Source: Desulfatiglandales bacterium (GTDB lineage: Bacteria; Desulfobacterota; DSM-4660; Desulfatiglandales; HGW-15). From it: 64,000 nucleotides of DNA. The notes beneath the pieces are model-generated. The model was not told where the DNA came from, did not search any database, and saw only the letters and a program-made list of their open reading frames with translations. The translations under genes and the position numbers were made by a program. Below are positions 59,187-64,000 of this stretch, one piece after another. Every line of letters starts with the position of its first letter. Position 1 is the stretch's first letter. The stretch lies in the NCBI GenBank assembly GCA_963667015.2, contig CAXXJJ010000004.1:1-64000 (forward strand). Direction: 5' to 3'.

Positions 59187-59820
59187 AACTGGCACCTTTT
59201 TTTCACAACTACGAACTGCTTGTTGATAAGGCGGAAATTGCCTTCCATAATGTTAAGGAAAAACACAATGACTGCGTAAAATGTGAGCTCCACTGTTCTG
59301 ATTGCTGTAATGCAGTTTTCGGTGTTTTTCTTGTTGAGGCACTTTATATCAAGCAGCATTTTGAGGGAATCAATGAAGATCAAAAGCTGGAGGCTCTGAA
59401 AAGGGCAAAGATTGTTGACATGGCCATTAAAGACCTTCAGAACAAGCTTGAAACCTTCAAAGACGATCCGGGAATGCAGGCCTATACACTTGCCAGGGAA
59501 AGGATACGATGCCCGCTTCTTGATGACAATGATGAATGTGTGCTTTACCATAAACGTCCCTATAACCTGCCGTGTATACGGCATTCCTACCAAAATTCAT
59601 GGCAAGACCCGTTCCTGCGGCAAAGCGACCTTTAAAAATGGCGGAGACCTATCCGATACTTGACCTGGACAGCGTTTACAGGGATTTATATATCCTTTCA
59701 AGGGATATACTGGAAGAGGCGAAGGTACAAAGCAATGACGAAGATAAGGCCTCTCTGCTTATATCGATTTCAAAAGTAATTCAGACCACAATTGATGACC
59801 TCATAAAAAAGGATTTTTAA
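59183..59820 (+). pseudogene. YkgJ family Cys-cluster protein with an extra-base frameshift near 59558-59560
   Basis: CELHCSDCC..RCPLL..CVLYHKRP, then ITCRVYGIP continues in another frame; removing one C restores RPITCRVYG. Confidence 0.8.
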
Positions 59821-60426
59821 AGGTTTATATTAAATAAGGCCAGATCGGTTTTACTTAAAAATTAAATGGCTTACAAAGATTCTACTTCTCCCCAGGGCCT
59901 GAGTTTATACTATTGTTTTCCATGCAAATCTGCATTTTCAGGTATGTTGCTTTCACAACTGATAATCTTATAGTCTTCAAGCAGTCTGAGTTTTATTTCT
60001 TCTTTTTTTAATTCGGATATTTCATCAAGCGTAAGATCTGACATTTTACATAATTCTTTTGTTTAATGTTGGCAGAAAACAGCAATTCAGCCTGCGATAG
60101 GAGTTTTTTAATGCCCTGATATTTAATGCCAACGCAAAGTACATGCCACCCCGAGATTTTTTTCATGTAAAAAATTAGAAATATATGCAGTTATGATGAA
60201 AGGGTTCCTGGATGGGAATATAGGGTTTCTGGAATAAATAAAAAAATATATGCGGTTATTATTTCTTTAGATATTGTTTTTGATAATAAATCCTCTGAAT
60301 CAAAAGATTCCCGGCTGAAAAGAACAAAATAGCATGTAATTTCAAAGGATTAAAAATATGCGGAAGAGCTGGTCCGGAAATATTTAAACAGTCATAATAA
60401 TGACATAGTTGTCAATGTAATGGCTA

Positions 60427-61530
60427 TTATTTTGAGCTTATAACTTTTATTGCGGCAAGAGCCAGTTCACCAATTGTTTTTTTGTCAAAAAAACCCTTAT
60501 TATAGATTTCTATGTATGTCCTGTCGTTCGAGAGTAACATCAGATCGGCGGTAGCTTCTTTTGCCTTCAGGTTTCCCATAATAATTATAGTATAAGCGAG
60601 AATCTCTGTATCTTTATCTTTTAAATAGGGAAGCAGGCTGAATCTTATTTTTTTAAATGGTTCGGGTTCTGCTGCCGTTATATTGCCAAGGGCACGCAGC
60701 ACCTCCGGCAAAAGTTCTCTGTCGGGGATGAATTTATATAACTGGGGGGTATAGGATGCATAAAGTTTTGTCGAGTTGCTTATTATATGTCCAACAGTGT
60801 CTATTGCGCCCCAGCTTGATGCCGCCGTATCTGCTACGGATATAAAAAGGTTTTTTAAAAGTTTGGATACGCTGTTGGGATCATATTTTGCTATAACAGC
60901 TGTGGCCTGCCCGAGGGCATCTGTTGCCCGGAATCTGAGAAGGTTATCTGCCGAATATATCAGGCGCTGGATAAACCTGATTATTTTTTTATCCTGTCCG
61001 GCAATTTCAATTATTCCATCAATATCATAGCCTGAGACAAGTCTTTCAATATCATCCTTGGACAGCCTGCTTTTTGGCTTTTCCCTGGCTGGTCGGGATA
61101 CCGGATGGATCGATTTTTTCTCAAGTTTTTTCCTGAACCCGTCTTCAGTTACTTCAAGAACATCCTCATGAAGCTTAACAAAGTAAAGTACCCCGGTTAC
61201 ATTACGACCTTCATATGCTCCGCTGTGTACAATCAGGTGACTCTGGTAGTCATATTCTTCAAGTTCTGCAACAAGGTAATCATCTTCCGGAAGCAGATCC
61301 CATGCCAGGTCCCAGTCGCCGTTACAGGCAAAAACGAGGGCCTCTGACATTGCAGTGCCAAGATTATGTCCTGTTACATCGCATGTATATACCGCACCGC
61401 ATTCACATGCGCCAACAGGCATTTCCTGAGGCATTCCGATATCCAACTCTGATGGTTTTTTGAGATATAGTCCACAGAATGGGCATGATGGTTTGTTTAC
61501 TACTTCTCTTCCTTTAAATCTGCCTTCCAT
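60427..61530 (-). CDS. DVU0298-like protein (Cys-rich N-terminus plus HEAT/PBS-lyase repeats)
   Basis: CPFCG, CECGAVY.CD.TGHNLG, DWDLAWDL, HEAT-like helices. Confidence 0.75.
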   Translation of the reverse strand: MEGRFKGREVVNKPSCPFCGLYLKKPSELDIGMPQEMPVGACECGAVYTCDVTGHNLGTAMSEALVFACNGDWDLAWDLLPEDDYLVAELEEYDYQSHLIVHSGAYEGRNVTGVLYFVKLHEDVLEVTEDGFRKKLEKKSIHPVSRPAREKPKSRLSKDDIERLVSGYDIDGIIEIAGQDKKIIRFIQRLIYSADNLLRFRATDALGQATAVIAKYDPNSVSKLLKNLFISVADTAASSWGAIDTVGHIISNSTKLYASYTPQLYKFIPDRELLPEVLRALGNITAAEPEPFKKIRFSLLPYLKDKDTEILAYTIIIMGNLKAKEATADLMLLSNDRTYIEIYNKGFFDKKTIGELALAAIKVISSK

Positions 61531-61599
61531 AATACTCTTTCTCTTCTGATGCTGAATAAGTCTATCAAAAATTTCAATTAGTTTGATTGTGGTGGTGTC

Positions 61600-61854
61600 T
61601 TAAAGATCAAGGTCTATCGAGGCACCCTCTTCATCAAATTCAAAGTCTGATATCATAAAATCTGATCCGATGGATTTAAACCTTATATTCCATTTCTGAT
61701 ATTTATCGCCTGCAAAACTGCAGTTGATTGTCCCAAGCCTTGCTCCCAGTTTAATAAGTTTTGGAACGATCTCATCATCAAATAATTCACCAATAAGGAT
61801 CTTTTCATCTTCATCCAGATCAGGCTGGTATTTTAAAGAACCGGGTGAAGTCAT
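61600..61854 (-). CDS. Conserved hypothetical protein
   Basis: IVPKL..ARLGTINCSFAG..W.IRF.S.GSDF.I.DFEFDE. Confidence 0.6.
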   Translation of the reverse strand: MTSPGSLKYQPDLDEDEKILIGELFDDEIVPKLIKLGARLGTINCSFAGDKYQKWNIRFKSIGSDFMISDFEFDEEGASIDLDL

Positions 61855-61874
61855 GGGATAATATACTTTTCCTG

Positions 61875-62120
61875 TTATCTGGTTGGACCTGGTATGTCGA
61901 GGGTCATACATTTATTTGATCCGCCACAGGATTTAGTTGTAACCGATGTCTGTTTTCCACCTGCACCTTGTCCCATGGCATAATTGGTCTCGCTTACTAC
62001 ACGTCCCACTGATTTAGATTTACATGCCGGGCATGAAAGATCGACTTTTTCGTCACTGTTAAAGAATAACTTTTCAAAGGTATTGTTACAATCAAGACAT
62101 TTAAATTCATAAATGGGCAT
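61875..62120 (-). CDS. FmdB family zinc ribbon protein
   Basis: MPIYEFKCLDC..FE..CPAC. Confidence 0.88.
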   Translation of the reverse strand: MPIYEFKCLDCNNTFEKLFFNSDEKVDLSCPACKSKSVGRVVSETNYAMGQGAGGKQTSVTTKSCGGSNKCMTLDIPGPTR

Positions 62121-62418
62121 TCTTTACTCCTTGATTAAATCTTCATTAATTAGATCGACAATATAATTCCTTTGAACCTTAATGTCAATTTTATCACAGG
62201 GATACCTGATTAAACTTTCCTTTCAAGCAAACAATACAGCTGGAAGGCTGATTCTTATTGACTCTCCTTACTTAAATCTTTTAAAAGCATTAAGCCTTAT
62301 GACAGTTTTATATGGATGCTGATATAAATTATTGGGGTATTTATGTTTCATCTGATATGGTAAATTCATGTATTGACAATGGACACCCTGTTATTCGAAT
62401 GGACGATTTTTTAATATA

Positions 62419-62631
62419 ATGACGGAAAAAATGAAAATATTTGTAAACGATGAAGAGTTGCAGTTTTCCGGGAATACACTTGCTGATCTTTTGACCAGCC
62501 ATGGTTTTATTGAGAGTCAGGGCATAGCTGTCGCAGTAAATGAAACGGTTATTTTACGGAAAAAATGGAGTTCATGTATTCTTGGTGAAGGGGATACCGT
62601 TCTGATTATAACACCGGCCCAGGGGGGATAA
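62419..62631 (+). CDS. thiS: Sulfur carrier ThiS
   Basis: GIAVAVNE..W..L.EGD..QGG C-terminus. Confidence 0.92.
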   Translation: MTEKMKIFVNDEELQFSGNTLADLLTSHGFIESQGIAVAVNETVILRKKWSSCILGEGDTVLIITPAQGG

Positions 62632-62638
62632 AAATCCT

Positions 62639-63238
62639 ATGGAAATTGTGCTTATCTCTTGTCCGAATCATATTGAAGGTGAAATCGACCTGATTAACAG
62701 TATGTTTGAACATGGACTCAATACCTTTCATCTAAGAAAACCGGATTATCATGAGGAACAGATAACGGATTTTCTGGAACTGGTAGAACCTGTTTTTCAT
62801 TCCCGTATTATATTGCATTCCTCTTTTGGGCTTTTAAGACGATACAGGCTTGGAGGCGTTCATATTCCGTTTGCAATGGCTGTAAAAAGTAATATTATCC
62901 AGCTTAAAAGAGATAAAAAAATCAGCATAAGCAGTTCTTTTCACTCACTTTATGAAGTGAAGGAAAAAAATGAATATATTGATTATGCCTTTTTAAGCCC
63001 GATTTTTGACAGTATTTCAAAAAAGAACTATAAAGCAGGATTTGATTGCACCGAGTTACACAGGGTGCTGCAGAGGGTTAATACAAGGATGGTCGCCTTG
63101 GGAGGCTGTAAAGCCTTAAATCTAAGCCATATTAAAGAGCTAGGATTTTCGGGTGCTGCTGTTCTGGGAGCCGTATGGAACAGTTCTGACCCGCTCGTCA
63201 GTTATCTCGAAATTAAAAAAACTGCCGAAAAGCTTTGA
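62639..63238 (+). CDS. thiE: Thiamine phosphate synthase / TenI-like
   Basis: [38 protein letters not shown]. Confidence 0.75.
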   Translation: MEIVLISCPNHIEGEIDLINSMFEHGLNTFHLRKPDYHEEQITDFLELVEPVFHSRIILHSSFGLLRRYRLGGVHIPFAMAVKSNIIQLKRDKKISISSSFHSLYEVKEKNEYIDYAFLSPIFDSISKKNYKAGFDCTELHRVLQRVNTRMVALGGCKALNLSHIKELGFSGAAVLGAVWNSSDPLVSYLEIKKTAEKL

Positions 63239-63258
63239 GCAGTATTAATAGGAATTTT

Positions 63259-64000
63259 ATGGATAAATTATCAATAGGAAACAGGGAGTTTGATTCCAGG
63301 CTCTTTGTGGGAACTGGAAAATTCAGTTCCAATGAGATTATGGGAAAGGCGGTTGCAGCTTCTGCTTCTGAACTTGTGACCGTAGCACTTAAGAGATTTA
63401 ATATTAATGATAAAAAGGATGATATGCTTAAACACCTGAAAATTCCGGGTGTCAGCCTGCTTCCGAATACATCGGGTGTAAGAACGGCAAAGGAAGCTGT
63501 TTTTGCAGCAGAACTGGCCAGAGAGGCATTGGAAACCAACTGGCTCAAGCTGGAGATTCATCCTGATCCCAGGCATCTTCTTCCTGATCACAGGGAGACG
63601 CTGAAGGCATCAGAAGAACTTGTTAAGAAGGGCTTCATTGTGCTTCCCTACATCAATGCGGATCCCGTATTCTGCAAGCAGCTGGAGGAGACCGGTGTAG
63701 CAGCCGTAATGCCGCTGGGAGCACCCATTGGAAGCAACTCAGGCCTTAAGACAAAAACAATGCTTGAAATAATCATCGAGGAGAGCAATGTTCCGGTTGT
63801 TGTAGACGCCGGAATTGGGGCTCCTTCTCAGGCTGCCGAAGCAATGGAAATGGGTGCCCATGCAGTTCTTGTCAATACAGCCATCGCCATTGCAGAAGAT
63901 CCTGTAGAAATGGCCGTGGCCTTCAAAATGGCCGTTATGGCAGGCAGGAAGGCACGCAATGCAAGGTTAGGCAGGATATCAGACCTTGCAGTGGCAAGCA
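63259..64000 (+). CDS. thiG: Thiazole synthase, runs off the window end
   Basis: [66 protein letters not shown]. Confidence 0.95.
   Translation, partial: MDKLSIGNREFDSRLFVGTGKFSSNEIMGKAVAASASELVTVALKRFNINDKKDDMLKHLKIPGVSLLPNTSGVRTAKEAVFAAELAREALETNWLKLEIHPDPRHLLPDHRETLKASEELVKKGFIVLPYINADPVFCKQLEETGVAAVMPLGAPIGSNSGLKTKTMLEIIIEESNVPVVVDAGIGAPSQAAEAMEMGAHAVLVNTAIAIAEDPVEMAVAFKMAVMAGRKARNARLGRISDLAVAS

Noticed and set aside
59860..60044. Small minus-strand ORF MSDLTLDEISELKKEE
   Set aside because: About 44 codons with no recognisable family; it cannot be supported as a gene.
62280..62418. TPP riboswitch before thiS
   Set aside because: Only GGGG..CTGATA..ACCC fragments are visible; the conserved CTGAGA and CCTGA..TAAT..GCG.AGG elements are missing.
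1..64000. Integrase, transposase, prophage, rRNA or tRNA genes
   Set aside because: None were recognisable by eye or in the ORF track.

Overview
Bacterial chromosomal window from a sulfate/sulfite-reducing Desulfobacterota-like organism, judged by reductive-type dsrABD with divergent dsrN-dsrC near 53-58 kb. The first ~757 bp (pepA 5' end plus a truncated gene) appear to be joined to the rest at an assembly or recombination breakpoint. From 0.76 to 18.3 kb is an accessory island of mostly exported proteins. Its centre is the most interesting system here: a radical SAM/SPASM maturase followed by three tandem ~195-aa paralogues. Each has a Tat signal peptide, a conserved scaffold and a variable (Cys-Gly-x-x)n core, which suggests a Tat-exported, protein-embedded ranthipeptide/sactipeptide-like system. 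An exported HExxH metallopeptidase and a fourth, frameshifted Tat substrate follow. Other notable items are: a divergent pair of an exported RidA and a Tat-exported PLP C-S lyase-like enzyme; a candidate ~80-nt sRNA; a polymorphic-toxin-like 1283-aa protein; and an Ile-rich leader-peptide attenuator before citramalate synthase. The rest is hybrid kinases, housekeeping genes and thiS-thiE-thiG. Three single-base frameshifts may be assembly errors. All assignments come from reading motifs by eye; no database searches were run.
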